Shown: positions 10,991 to 21,262 of the stretch, piece by piece
Layout: the number at the start of each line of letters is the position of its first letter
How positions within the stretch are numbered: the first letter of the stretch is position 1
Source of the DNA: an uncultured Clostridia bacterium
GTDB taxonomy: Bacteria > Bacillota > Clostridia > TANB77 > CAG-508
NCBI GenBank assembly: GCA_944386675.1
Contig: CALXBY010000007.1
Coordinates: 897 to 64,896, forward strand
Direction: 5' to 3'
Length of the DNA stretch: 64,000 nucleotides
The notes under the pieces: generated by a model
The model's database searches: none
Seen by the model: only the letters and a program-made list of their open reading frames with translations
What the model was told of the DNA's origin: nothing
Made by a program: the position numbers and the translations under genes

Positions 10991-12118
10991 ATGAAAGTTG
11001 TTATAGCAGCAGCGGGAACTGCAGGTCATATAAATCCAGGGTTAGCGATTGCTAAAAAAATACAAGCAGAAGAAAAAGATTCAAAAATTATTTTTATAGG
11101 TACAACTAGAGGATTAGAAAATGACTTAGTTCCAAGAGCAGGATATGAATTGAAAACAATAGAGGCTTATGGATTAAGTAAAAAAATTTCGATTGAAAAT
11201 ATGAAAAAAATGTTAAAAACATTAAAAGGTTTTAAAGAAGCAAGAAAAATATTAGAAGAAGTGAAACCAGATGTAGTAATAGGAACAGGAGGATATATTT
11301 GTGGAGCTGTTATATCTGCAGCACATCATTTAAAAATTCCAACTCTATTACATGAAAGTAATGCATTTCCTGGAAAGGCAGTAAAAATATTAGCTAGAAA
11401 AACAGATACAATTCTTGTTTCTTTTGAAGATGCAATTAGTAGAATTAAGCATGCAAAAAAAATTGTATATACAGGAACGCCTGTAAAAATAAAAAAACAA
11501 GAATATGCAGTACAACAAAAGCAGAATATTAAAGAAGAAGCAGGACTAAAAGAAAATATACCAGCTGTATTAGTATTTGGAGGAAGTCAGGGAGCAAGAC
11601 AGATTAACAATGCAATAATGGGAATTATAAAGGCAAAATTAAATAAGAATTATCAGATTATTTGGGCAACTGGACCCAAACAATATGATATTATAAAAGA
11701 AGAATTAGAAAATAATCATATAAATATTAATTATATTCAAAATATGAAAATCGTTCCATATATATATAATATGGAAGAAATCATGAATGTAGTGGATGCA
11801 ATTGTAGCCAGAAGTGGAGCTATGACAATTACAGAGATATCAAAGTTGGGAAAACCATCTATTTTAGTACCATTACCAAATGTTAGTCATGACCATCAAT
11901 TATATAATGCGAAAGTTTTAAAAAATGTTGGAGCGGCAGAGATTATACTAGACAATGAATTAAATGGTGAAATTTTAAATGAAAAGATAGAAAAAATTGT
12001 ATTGGATAAAAATAAATGTAAAACAATGGGAGAGAATGCATTAAAAATTTCTACAGATAATGTTGAAGATAAAATATATGAGCAGATTATAGAAACAATA
12101 AAAACGAAAAAAGGATAG
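10991..12118 (+). CDS. murG: Lipid II GlcNAc transferase MurG
   Basis: AGTAGHINP, GTGGY, HESN, GGSQGA and RSGA motifs. Confidence 0.95.
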   Translation: MKVVIAAAGTAGHINPGLAIAKKIQAEEKDSKIIFIGTTRGLENDLVPRAGYELKTIEAYGLSKKISIENMKKMLKTLKGFKEARKILEEVKPDVVIGTGGYICGAVISAAHHLKIPTLLHESNAFPGKAVKILARKTDTILVSFEDAISRIKHAKKIVYTGTPVKIKKQEYAVQQKQNIKEEAGLKENIPAVLVFGGSQGARQINNAIMGIIKAKLNKNYQIIWATGPKQYDIIKEELENNHININYIQNMKIVPYIYNMEEIMNVVDAIVARSGAMTITEISKLGKPSILVPLPNVSHDHQLYNAKVLKNVGAAEIILDNELNGEILNEKIEKIVLDKNKCKTMGENALKISTDNVEDKIYEQIIETIKTKKG

Positions 12119-12131
12119 TGAAGGAAAAAGA

Positions 12132-13598
12132 ATGATTAAAAGTATTCAGTTTAAGATAATTGTTGTATTTTTTTTAATAGGAATTATTGTGATAACTGGT
12201 CTAGGCGTGGTTTATATACAATCTATTAATGATTTGGAAATGAATCTTACTAATAAAGAAATTGAAAATATTGCAGATCTAGTACAATATGTTCATCAAA
12301 TGAGAGATACAAATATCACAGCACTTGTTGTTGCAGGAATTATATTTCTAGTTGGGGGGATTTTGATAGCCATTGTTTTATCAAGATTTGTTATATATCC
12401 AATAAATAAATTAATTAAAAGTGCAGAAAAGATAACAGAAGATGAGAAGAAAAAGAATTCCAAAATGGATTCTAAAGAAGAAGGGAAAAAGTCAAAAAAT
12501 AAAAAAGATGTTATCAACATAGAAAATGTAATAGGAACTATGACTACAGAGTTAAAAGAAAAATTAAGTGAGGTTTCTACACAAAAAAATCAAATTGAAA
12601 CGATTCTTTTACATATGACAGATGGAATTATTGCATTTAATATGGAAGGTGAAATTATCTTAATTAATCCTGCAGCAAAAAAATTTTTAAGTATTAGACC
12701 AGAAGATATTACTTTTGATGATATTTTTGCTAAATTTAAATTAGGTATTAATATGGAAAAAATTATCTATCTAGAAAACTGGACATCAACAGAACAAAGA
12801 ATACAAGTTGAAGATAAATATATGAATGTATTTTTTGCACCATTTAAAAATGAGTCAGATAGACCAAATGGTGTTATTGCAGTTATCCAGGATATAACAG
12901 AACATGTAAGGTTAGATAATATGCAAAAAGAGTTTGTAGCAGATGTATCACATGAACTAAAAACACCAATTACATCTATAATGGGATATGCAGATACTTT
13001 GCTAGAAGGAGAATATGATAAAGAAACACAAGAAAAATTCTTGAATGTGATTGCTTCAGAAGCAAGAAGAATGGCAAGACTTGTAACAGATTTATTGACA
13101 TTATCAAGATATGATAGTAATAAAAATAAAGTTAAAAAAGAATCATTTGATTTAGGAGATTTAGTAAAAAAATGTCAAGACAAATTAGCAATAGAGATAA
13201 AGAAAAAGAATCATACAGTAAATTCTTTTGTAACAGCAGATGTTCCACCAGTATATGCGGATAAAGATGATATTGAAAGAGTAGTTTTAAACATATTAAC
13301 CAATAGTATTAAGTACACACCAGAAGGTGGAGAAATCAAAATTTATGTTGGTTTTGTGTACAATGATGCATATATAAAAATCTTTGATAATGGAATTGGA
13401 ATACCAGAAGAAGATTTGTCAAGAATATTTGAAAGATTCTATAGAGTGGATAAAGCACGTACTAGAGAAATGGGAGGAACTGGTTTAGGACTTTCTATAG
13501 CTAAAGAAATATTAGACAAAAATGGAGGAAGTATAGATATTAAAAGTACAGTTGGACAAGGTACAGAAGTAGTTATTAGAGTTCCAACAAAAGGATAA
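12132..13598 (+). CDS. PAS-containing sensor histidine kinase (WalK/PhoR-like)
   Basis: Two TM segments, PAS, H-box FVADVSHELKTPITS, DNGIGIP, FERFYRVDKAR and GGTGLGLSI. Confidence 0.9.
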   Translation: MIKSIQFKIIVVFFLIGIIVITGLGVVYIQSINDLEMNLTNKEIENIADLVQYVHQMRDTNITALVVAGIIFLVGGILIAIVLSRFVIYPINKLIKSAEKITEDEKKKNSKMDSKEEGKKSKNKKDVINIENVIGTMTTELKEKLSEVSTQKNQIETILLHMTDGIIAFNMEGEIILINPAAKKFLSIRPEDITFDDIFAKFKLGINMEKIIYLENWTSTEQRIQVEDKYMNVFFAPFKNESDRPNGVIAVIQDITEHVRLDNMQKEFVADVSHELKTPITSIMGYADTLLEGEYDKETQEKFLNVIASEARRMARLVTDLLTLSRYDSNKNKVKKESFDLGDLVKKCQDKLAIEIKKKNHTVNSFVTADVPPVYADKDDIERVVLNILTNSIKYTPEGGEIKIYVGFVYNDAYIKIFDNGIGIPEEDLSRIFERFYRVDKARTREMGGTGLGLSIAKEILDKNGGSIDIKSTVGQGTEVVIRVPTKG

Positions 13599-13647
13599 AA
13601 AATATATAGAAAATAAAATAATATAAGAAGATTAAAGGAGAGAAGCC

Positions 13648-14286
13648 GTGAATCCGAAAATAAAAACAGTATTAGAGTGGGCATGTTGCATTATTATAGC
13701 AATTGTATTAGCATTAGTATTTAGATATTTTATTGCAACTCCTACAGTTGTAAAGAGTAAATCTATGTATCCAACATTAGTACAAGATCAAAAATTGTGG
13801 TTAAGTAGATGGTCAAGAACTACTAAAAAGCTACCCCAAAGAGGGCAAATTATTACATTTGAAGCACCAAGTAAAAAATTATTTACAAATTCAGAAATTG
13901 ATGAAAATAACCCTATAGCTGTATATAATAATGAACCAACTAATATATTTGAAAAATTTACAAAATATGTATTAGAAATCGGAAAAGAGAGTTATATAAA
14001 AAGAGTAATTGCACTTCCAGGAGAACATGTAGAAATCAAAAATGGAAAAGTATATATTAATGAAAAAGAACTAGAAGAGCCATACTTACAAGAAGATGTC
14101 ATAACACAAGTAAATACTACAGGCTTTTCAAATTTTATCGTTCCAGAAAATACAATATTTGCAATGGGAGATAATAGGGTACATAGTACAGATTGCAGAG
14201 CTTTTGGATGTATACCATTAGAAAAAATTGAAGGTATAGTTGCTATTAGAATATGGCCATTAAGTGAATGGGGAAAAATTAATTAG
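13648..14286 (+). CDS. lepB: Signal peptidase I (copy 1)
   Basis: SMYPTL, YIKRVIALPGE and GDNRVHSTDCR motifs. Confidence 0.92.
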   Translation: MNPKIKTVLEWACCIIIAIVLALVFRYFIATPTVVKSKSMYPTLVQDQKLWLSRWSRTTKKLPQRGQIITFEAPSKKLFTNSEIDENNPIAVYNNEPTNIFEKFTKYVLEIGKESYIKRVIALPGEHVEIKNGKVYINEKELEEPYLQEDVITQVNTTGFSNFIVPENTIFAMGDNRVHSTDCRAFGCIPLEKIEGIVAIRIWPLSEWGKIN

Positions 14287-14397
14287 AAATTTGGAGAAAT
14301 TACATCCTTTTGCAGTTGAATTTTATAATAATTAGATTGAAAAACAAAAAAATATAATGTATAATATATTAGATAAAAAAATAAAGGAGAGAGAAAA

Positions 14398-15036
14398 TTG
14401 AATCCAAAGATAAAAGAAATATTAGAATGGGCTTATTGTATTGTCATAGCAGTGGTATTGGCATTATTATTTAGATATTTTATTGGAACACCAACCATTG
14501 TAAAACAAGTATCTATGTATCCAACATTAGAGCAAGATCAAAGATTATGGTTAAGTAGATGGTCAAGAACTACTAAAAAGCTACCTCAAAGAGGACAAAT
14601 TATTACATTTGAAGCACCAAGTAAAAAATCATTTACAACTTCAGAAATTGATGAAGATAATCCTGTAGCTATATATGATAATGAACCAACCAATATATTT
14701 GGAAAATTTACAAAGTATGTATTAGAAATTGGAAAAGAAAGTTATATAAAAAGAGTAATTGCACTTCCAGGAGAACATGTAGAAATAAAGAATGGAAAAG
14801 TATATATTAATGGAGAAGAATTTGATGAACCATATTTACAAGAAGGTGTTGTAACAGATGTTACAGGTATAGGATTTTCAGATTTTATTGTACCAGAAAA
14901 CACAGTATTTGCAATGGGAGATAATAGAACACATAGTACAGACTGTAGAACATTTGGATGTATACCATTAGAAAAAATCGAAAGTACAGTTGTTATCAGA
15001 ATATGGCCTCTAAGTGCATGGGGAAAAGTAGATTAA
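14398..15036 (+). CDS. lepB: Signal peptidase I (copy 2, tandem paralog)
   Basis: Same motifs and same 212-aa length as the upstream copy. Confidence 0.92.
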   Translation: MNPKIKEILEWAYCIVIAVVLALLFRYFIGTPTIVKQVSMYPTLEQDQRLWLSRWSRTTKKLPQRGQIITFEAPSKKSFTTSEIDEDNPVAIYDNEPTNIFGKFTKYVLEIGKESYIKRVIALPGEHVEIKNGKVYINGEEFDEPYLQEGVVTDVTGIGFSDFIVPENTVFAMGDNRTHSTDCRTFGCIPLEKIESTVVIRIWPLSAWGKVD

Positions 15037-15106
15037 AATTATAAAGAAAGCATGTATTAGAAAAATACATGTTTTTTTTTATTCTAAATTTTATTGTTTT
15101 AGAACT

Positions 15107-15298
15107 GGGCCGCAAATACCTTATATTTTTGAATGCATCGACGAATGTGCAGTGAAATAAATGTATAAATTCTTGACTTTAAATAAATGAGGAAGCGTGA
15201 ATATATGTAACGAGAGGCTCGTTTATTTAAAGCTTAGAATTTATAATTTATGTAGCAAACCGAGGAGATAATGAAAAAATATAAGGTATTTGCGGCCC
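15107..15298. repeat. MITE-like/structured element with 24-bp terminal inverted repeats and a nested internal stem
   Basis: GGGCCGCAAATACCTTATATTTTT (15107-15130) is the reverse complement of 15275-15298. An inner imperfect IR lies at ~15164-15191 and ~15218-15244. Confidence 0.7.
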
Positions 15299-15403
15299 CA
15301 ACTTATGAAACAACAAAACTTAAATCATAATTTTTCTTGAAAAATAGATGATTTTAATATATAATAATAAAGATGAAATAGCAATAAGGAGAATAAATCA
15401 ATC

Positions 15404-16297
15404 ATGTTTGATGAAATTATTGGAAACGAGCAAATAAAAGGTGAGTTAAGAAAGAGCTTAAAAGAAAATAAAGTATCACATAGTTATATGTTTGTTGGAA
15501 TAGAAGGGATTGGAAAGCAAATGACAGCCAAAGCATTTGCTCAAATGATATTATGTATTAATGAAGAAGAACGAGGGTGCCAAAAATGCAAATCATGTAT
15601 TGAATTTCAATCTCATAATCATCCGGATTTTTTATATATTGAACCAGATGGAAATAGTATAAAAATTGAACAAATACGATATTTACAAAGAAAGATACAA
15701 GAAAAACCAATTATTTCAGATAGAAAAGTATATATTATAAATGATGCAGACAAAATGACTAAAGAAGCACAAAACTGTTTGTTGAAAACTTTAGAAGAAC
15801 CACCAGAATATAGCACAATTATATTAATAGGTAGTAATGAAAATGCATTTTTAAATACAATAAAATCGAGATGTATGATAATTACATTTAAACCAATTTC
15901 ATCAGATTTAATAAAAAAATATATGGAAGAAACTTATGGAATGCAGAACATAAGTGAAAATATGTTAGAAGCATTTCAAGGAAGTATAGGAAAAGCAATT
16001 AACCTAAAAGATAAAAAGGAACAATATGAAAAGATAGAAAAGGCAATACAGGAGATGGACACAAAAAACATAATAGATTGTTTACAATTATGTGAGGATA
16101 TATATAAAGAAAAAGACGAAATTATGAATATATTAGAATATGTGAATATAATCTTATTAAGAATGTCCAAAAAAAATATAAAATATGCAAATTGTATAGA
16201 AATTGTAGAAAATACAAAAAAGAGATTGAATCAAAATGCAAATTATGATATGAGTATAGATAACATGATAATGAATATGTGGGAGGAAGTAAATTGA
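15404..16297 (+). CDS. holB: DNA polymerase III delta-prime subunit
   Basis: HSYMFVGIEGIGK, C..C..C zinc motif, HPDF, AQNCLLKTLEEPP and TIKSRC. Confidence 0.9.
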   Translation: MFDEIIGNEQIKGELRKSLKENKVSHSYMFVGIEGIGKQMTAKAFAQMILCINEEERGCQKCKSCIEFQSHNHPDFLYIEPDGNSIKIEQIRYLQRKIQEKPIISDRKVYIINDADKMTKEAQNCLLKTLEEPPEYSTIILIGSNENAFLNTIKSRCMIITFKPISSDLIKKYMEETYGMQNISENMLEAFQGSIGKAINLKDKKEQYEKIEKAIQEMDTKNIIDCLQLCEDIYKEKDEIMNILEYVNIILLRMSKKNIKYANCIEIVENTKKRLNQNANYDMSIDNMIMNMWEEVN

Positions 16298-17205
16298 AAG
16301 ATATTGTAGGAGTGAGGTTTAAAAAGTTAGGCAAAATCTATTTTTTTAATCCTAAAAAATGGAAATTAAAAAAAGGAGATAAAGTTATAGTAGAAACAGC
16401 ACAGGGAGAAGAATTTGGAGAAGTTATGATTCCTAATAGAACTGTTCCAGAAGACAAAATTGTAGAACCATTAAAACTTATTATAAGGATTGCAAATAAA
16501 AAAGACTATAAACGTTATGAAGAATGTAGAGCTTTAGAAAAGAAAGCATTAGAAGTTTGTAAAAAGAAAATTAAAGAACATAAATTAGAAATGACATTAA
16601 CAGATGTAGAAGTGAAATTTGATAATAGTAAAATTTTATTCTATTTTACAGCAGATGGAAGAATTGATTTCAGAGAATTAGTTAAAGATTTAGCAGCAAT
16701 CTATAAAACAAGAATAGAATTAAGACAAATTGGTGTAAGAGATGAAGTAAGAAAAATAGGTGGAAATGGTGTTTGTGGAAGAGAACTATGTTGTTGTACA
16801 TTTTTAAATGAGTTTGAAGCAGTATCTATAAAAATGGCAAAAGAGCAAAATATATCACTAAATCCATCAAAGATATCAGGAAATTGTGGAAGATTAATGT
16901 GTTGTTTAAAATACGAGAATAATGTATATGAAGAGAAACTAAAAAAATTACCACATATAGGTGCCATTGTAAAAACAGAAGAAGGAGAAGGAGAAGTAGA
17001 TTCTATAGAGACATTAAAAGAAAGAGTAAGAGTTAAAATAAAAGATGGAGATACATATATTTATAGAAGATATGATGCAAAAGATATTCAAGTAATAAAA
17101 GATGAAGAAAAGGAAAGATTAGATCAGGAAGAAATCGAACATCAAAAAGAATTGGAAGAGCTAGAAGAATTAGAAAAAGCAGAAGAAGGAATGAGAGAAG
17201 ATTAA
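16294..17205 (+). CDS. yaaT: PSP1-domain stage 0 sporulation protein YaaT/RicT
   Basis: FYFTADGRIDFRELVKDLA, RIELRQIGVRDE, CGRELCC and GNCGRLMCCLKYE; TTG start overlaps the holB stop. Confidence 0.9.
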   Translation: MKDIVGVRFKKLGKIYFFNPKKWKLKKGDKVIVETAQGEEFGEVMIPNRTVPEDKIVEPLKLIIRIANKKDYKRYEECRALEKKALEVCKKKIKEHKLEMTLTDVEVKFDNSKILFYFTADGRIDFRELVKDLAAIYKTRIELRQIGVRDEVRKIGGNGVCGRELCCCTFLNEFEAVSIKMAKEQNISLNPSKISGNCGRLMCCLKYENNVYEEKLKKLPHIGAIVKTEEGEGEVDSIETLKERVRVKIKDGDTYIYRRYDAKDIQVIKDEEKERLDQEEIEHQKELEELEELEKAEEGMRED

Positions 17206-17244
17206 AAGAAGATACAGTTAGAAGCATTAAAGGAGGTGAAAAAG

Positions 17245-17415
17245 ATGGCATATAAAATTACAGATAAATGTATATCATGTGGAGCTTGTGCTGCAGAATG
17301 CCCAGTTGGATGTATATCACAAGGAGATGATAAATTTGTTATAGATCAATCTGCTTGTATAAGCTGTGGTACATGTGCAGGGGTTTGCCCAGTAGAAGCA
17401 CCAGAAGAAGAATAG
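17245..17415 (+). CDS. 2[4Fe-4S] ferredoxin (56 aa; absent from ORF track)
   Basis: MAYKITDKCISCGACAAECPVGCISQGDDKFVIDQSACISCGTCAGVCPVEAPEEE has two CxxCxxCxxxCP motifs; AGGAGG SD upstream. Confidence 0.95.
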   Translation: MAYKITDKCISCGACAAECPVGCISQGDDKFVIDQSACISCGTCAGVCPVEAPEEE

Positions 17416-17420
17416 AAAGA

Positions 17421-17459
17421 AAAAAGGGATTTTGGGGACGGACTCAAATTTCCCTTTTT
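17421..17459 (+). repeat. REP palindrome (GGGGACGG core, AAAAAGGGA/TCCCTTTTT arms) left of the RAYT gene
   Basis: AAAAAGGGATTTTGGGGACGGACTCAAATTTCCCTTTTT; inverted copies at 18342 and 19072. Confidence 0.85.
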
Positions 17460-17524
17460 TATATATTAGGAAGGTGGTCATATTGACTTTTGATATATAA
17501 AAACGTAATAAAGGAGGAATAGAA

Positions 17525-18280
17525 ATACCAAGAAGAGAAAGAAGACAATATATATCATCATATTATCATATAATGATACAAGGAATTAACAAATTAAATA
17601 TTTTTGAAACAGATAAAGAAAAACATATATATCTAAAATATTTGAACGAGGAGAAGCAAAAACAAGATATTAAAATTTTAGCATACGTGATAATGGATAA
17701 TCATATACATTTGTTAATCTATGATGAAAAAGAAGAAAATATTTCAAAATGGATGCAGATTGTGAATACGAAATATGCCAAATTTTATAATAAAGAGCAT
17801 GATAGAGTTGGATACGTCTATAGAGATAGGTTTAAAAGTAAGCCAATTTCTGATAGAACATATTTATATAATGTACTTGCATACATACATTTTAATCCTA
17901 TAGAAGCAGGAATAAGCAAGGAGTTAAATCAATATAGCTTTTCTTCATATAATGATTATGTATATCATCGAAAATCAAAAGAAGAAATCATATTATTATT
18001 TGAAAATGAAGATTATCAACCTTTATTTCATTTCATTCATGAAAAATATTATAAAAAAATGTTATTAAAATCGAATGAGTCTCCAGAAAATATATTAAAA
18101 AATTATTTACAGGGTAAAACGGTAAAAGAAATAAAAAGAGACAAAGAATTAACCGCTAAAATTGTTGTCGACATTAAGGAAAAATGCAACTTAAGGGAAT
18201 ATCAAATAGCAAAAATTTTAACGATTGGAAAAAACAGAATCCATCAATTGAAACGCGAAGGTTTCATAAAAGAAGATTAA
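17525..18280 (+). mobile_element. REP-associated tyrosine transposase (RAYT, Y1/HUH superfamily)
   Basis: HUH motif MDNHIHLL, RFKSKPI, catalytic-Tyr motif YIHFNP and YSFSSY. The N-terminal (M)PRRER...YYHIMIQG begins at ATA 17525, 7 nt after AAGGAGG. Flanked by inverted REP palindromes. Confidence 0.85.
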
Positions 18281-18341
18281 ACATTTATAAGAGAAGAGAT
18301 AGAATAGGAATTTAAGCACAAATCTAAAAAATAAAAAACGT

Positions 18342-18377
18342 AAAAAGGGAAAAATGAGTCCGTCCCCAAAATCCCTT
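18342..18377 (-). repeat. REP palindrome right of the RAYT gene
   Basis: AAAAAGGGAAAAATGAGTCCGTCCCCAAAATCCCTT, inverted relative to the 17421 copy. Confidence 0.85.
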
Positions 18378-18396
18378 ATTAGCGAAAGGAGAAAAA

Positions 18397-19044
18397 ATGG
18401 AAACATTAATAATTGCAGGTGGAGAAATTAATATAAAAATATTAGAAAAATATTGTGTAAATGTATCAAAACAGAACATTATTGCTGTAGATAGGGGATT
18501 AGAAGCCCTATATCAATTGCAAATGATACCAAATCATGTAGTAGGGGATTTCGATTCAGTATCCCCTGAAATATTAACATTTTATAAAAATCAGCCACAA
18601 ATTATATTTCATAAATTTAATGCGGAAAAAGATAATACAGACACAGATATTGCTTTAAAGTTAGCAATTCAATTAAAAAGTTCTAAAATTACAATTTTAG
18701 GAGCGTTAGGAAAAAGAATGGATCATGCGCTTGCTAATATTCATATCTTAAAAGATGCATTAGAAGCAAATATTCCTTGTCAAATTATAGATGAACATAA
18801 TCAAATTTACTTAATAAATAAAGAAATGACTTTAGAGAAAGATAAAGTTTATGGAAAATATGTATCTTTAATTCCTTTGACTAGCACAGTAGAAGGATTA
18901 ACTTTAACTGGCTTTAAATATCCTTTAAATGAGTATACATTACCGATTGGAACAAGTTTAGGGATTAGTAATGAAATCATAGAAGATAGAGCATATATCA
19001 AAATGAAAAAAGGAATTTTGATTGCTATAGAAAGCAAAGATTAG
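18397..19044 (+). CDS. thiN: Thiamine pyrophosphokinase
   Basis: AVDRG, VGDFDS, EKDNTDTDIA, GKRMDH, GFKYPL and LGISNE motifs. Confidence 0.9.
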   Translation: METLIIAGGEINIKILEKYCVNVSKQNIIAVDRGLEALYQLQMIPNHVVGDFDSVSPEILTFYKNQPQIIFHKFNAEKDNTDTDIALKLAIQLKSSKITILGALGKRMDHALANIHILKDALEANIPCQIIDEHNQIYLINKEMTLEKDKVYGKYVSLIPLTSTVEGLTLTGFKYPLNEYTLPIGTSLGISNEIIEDRAYIKMKKGILIAIESKD

Positions 19045-19071
19045 CAGAGAAAACGATTATTGATTTAAAAG

Positions 19072-19110
19072 AAAAAGGGAATTTTGAGTCCGTCCCCAAA
19101 ATCCCTTTTT
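19072..19110 (-). repeat. Third REP palindrome, possibly acting as bidirectional terminator between thiN and porB
   Basis: AAAAAGGGAATTTTGAGTCCGTCCCCAAAATCCCTTTTT between convergent stop codons. Confidence 0.85.
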
Positions 19111-19112
19111 TA

Positions 19113-20069
19113 CTATTTGTTCTTATTTGTAACTTCTTCTAAATCTAATAATTCTTGCCATCTTTCATCAACAATTCTTTGGAAGTCTTCTATCATCCAC
19201 TCATTACCAGGTTTAAACATATGTCTAAATCTTTTTTGTGGTTTTAAGAATTCTTCAATTGGTAATTTTTTAGCTGGCTTATATGAAATGTGATATACGC
19301 CATCAACTACTTCATATAAAGGCCAATAGCATGTTTCAACAGCAAGTTTATTGATTTTCATTAAATCTTCTGTTGGATATCCCCATCCTCTAGGACATGG
19401 TGATAATACATTTAAAAATGCTGGTCCTTCTGTGTAGATAGCTTTTTCAGCTTTTTCATATAAATCTTTGAAATTCATATAAGCAATAGTTTGAGCAACA
19501 TAAGGAATATGATGTCCAACCATAATTTTACTTAAATCTTTTCTACATTGTGTTTTTCCAGGAATAACTGTTCCAGCAGGTGATGTAGTTGTATCAGCAT
19601 ATTTTGGTGTTGCAGATGAACGTTGAATACCTGTATTCATGTATGCACCATTATCATAACATACATAAACCATATCATGTCCTCTTTCCATAGCACCTGA
19701 TAAAGATTGTAAACCTATATCATATGTTCCACCATCACCACCAAATGCGATGAATTTTGTATCTCCATCAGCTGGTAATTTTCCTTGTTTTTTCATAGAA
19801 ACATAAGCTGCTTCTGCTCCAGAAAGTGTAGCACCAGCACATTCGAATGCTGTATGAATAAATGAATCTGTCCAAGCTGTATATGGATATATAAAAGTAG
19901 AAACTTCCATACAACCAGTAGCATTAGCTACAACAGCATGGTCTTCTGGCTTTAGAGCTCTCATAATCATTCTTGCAACAGGTGGAGCACCACAACCAGC
20001 ACACATTCTATGTCCAGAAGTAAATCTTGAAGGTTTATTTGCAACGATTTCTTTTACATTATAAGGCAT
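19113..20069 (-). CDS. porB: Pyruvate/2-oxoacid:ferredoxin oxidoreductase beta subunit
   Basis: GHRMCAGCG, TPP motif GGDGG...YDNGAYMNTGIQRS and SPCPRGW. Confidence 0.9.
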   Translation of the reverse strand: MPYNVKEIVANKPSRFTSGHRMCAGCGAPPVARMIMRALKPEDHAVVANATGCMEVSTFIYPYTAWTDSFIHTAFECAGATLSGAEAAYVSMKKQGKLPADGDTKFIAFGGDGGTYDIGLQSLSGAMERGHDMVYVCYDNGAYMNTGIQRSSATPKYADTTTSPAGTVIPGKTQCRKDLSKIMVGHHIPYVAQTIAYMNFKDLYEKAEKAIYTEGPAFLNVLSPCPRGWGYPTEDLMKINKLAVETCYWPLYEVVDGVYHISYKPAKKLPIEEFLKPQKRFRHMFKPGNEWMIEDFQRIVDERWQELLDLEEVTNKNK

Positions 20070-21262
20070 TATTTTTGCGCCTCCTTTCTTAATCCTAAAT
20101 AACGATAAGGATTATCAATTTTTCCAGTTTTTACAATTTGGGATAAATCTGTGTAAACGCTTTCAATGTCATCAGCTTTAGTATCTCTACCACCAATACC
20201 ATAAACATAGTTTACAGCAGGTACATGAATATTATTTACATACATAGCAGATGTAACATCTTCGAATAAAGCACCACCAGCAGCATTTAAAGAATCTGCT
20301 TTATCTAATACAGCAATTGCTTTTAAATGTGATAATGCTTTTGCAATTTCTTCTACTGGGAATGGTCTAAATACACGAAGTTTTAATAAACCTGCTTTTA
20401 TACCTTGTTCTCTTAATTTATCAACAACAAATTTTGTAGTTCCAGCTGTTGAGTTCATACAAACAATAGCGATTTCTGCATCATCTAATTTATATTCTTC
20501 AAAAAGACCATATTTTCTACCAGTCATTTTTTCAAAATCTTTTGCAACATCTAAAATAACTTGTTTTGCGTTTTTCATAGCTTCTGCTTGCTGAGCTTTA
20601 TGTTCAAATAGATAGCTTTGCAAATCTAATGGACCAACAGCAATTGGTTCATCTCTATTTAATAAATAATGTTCTGGTTTATATGTTCCAACAAATTCTT
20701 TTACTTTATCATCTTCCACTAGTTCTATATTTTCAATAGAATGAGAAGTAATAAATCCATCTTGACAAACCATTAATGGAAGCATTACATTTTTATTTTC
20801 TGCAATTCTATGTGCCATTAAAGTATTGTCATAAGCTTCTTGATTGTTTTCTGAAAATAACATAATCCAACCAGCATCTCTAACACCCATAGCATCTGAA
20901 TGATCATTATGGATGTTTAAAGGTCCTGATACAGCTCTGTTTACTAAAGACATTACGATAGGTAAACGTAAGCTAGAAGCGATATATATCATTTCCCACA
21001 TTAAAGACAATCCATTTGCAGATGTAGCTGTCATAGCTCTTGCCCCTGCAGCTTCTGCACCAATACAAGCACTCATAGCACTATGTTCACTTTCAACAGC
21101 AACAAATTCTGTGTCAACTAATCCATTATCAACAAATGTTGAAAAATATTGAGGAATTTCTGTTGAAGGGGTAATAGGGAAGGCTGCAACAACATCTGGA
21201 TTAATTTGCTTCATAGCAGTAGCTGCTGCTTCATTACCACTTAATCTTTCTCTAATACTCAT
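20069..21262 (-). CDS. porA: Pyruvate:ferredoxin oxidoreductase alpha subunit
   Basis: SGNEAAA, FPITPST, ESEHSAMS and FRPFP motifs. Confidence 0.9.
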   Translation of the reverse strand: MSIRERLSGNEAAATAMKQINPDVVAAFPITPSTEIPQYFSTFVDNGLVDTEFVAVESEHSAMSACIGAEAAGARAMTATSANGLSLMWEMIYIASSLRLPIVMSLVNRAVSGPLNIHNDHSDAMGVRDAGWIMLFSENNQEAYDNTLMAHRIAENKNVMLPLMVCQDGFITSHSIENIELVEDDKVKEFVGTYKPEHYLLNRDEPIAVGPLDLQSYLFEHKAQQAEAMKNAKQVILDVAKDFEKMTGRKYGLFEEYKLDDAEIAIVCMNSTAGTTKFVVDKLREQGIKAGLLKLRVFRPFPVEEIAKALSHLKAIAVLDKADSLNAAGGALFEDVTSAMYVNNIHVPAVNYVYGIGGRDTKADDIESVYTDLSQIVKTGKIDNPYRYLGLRKEAQK

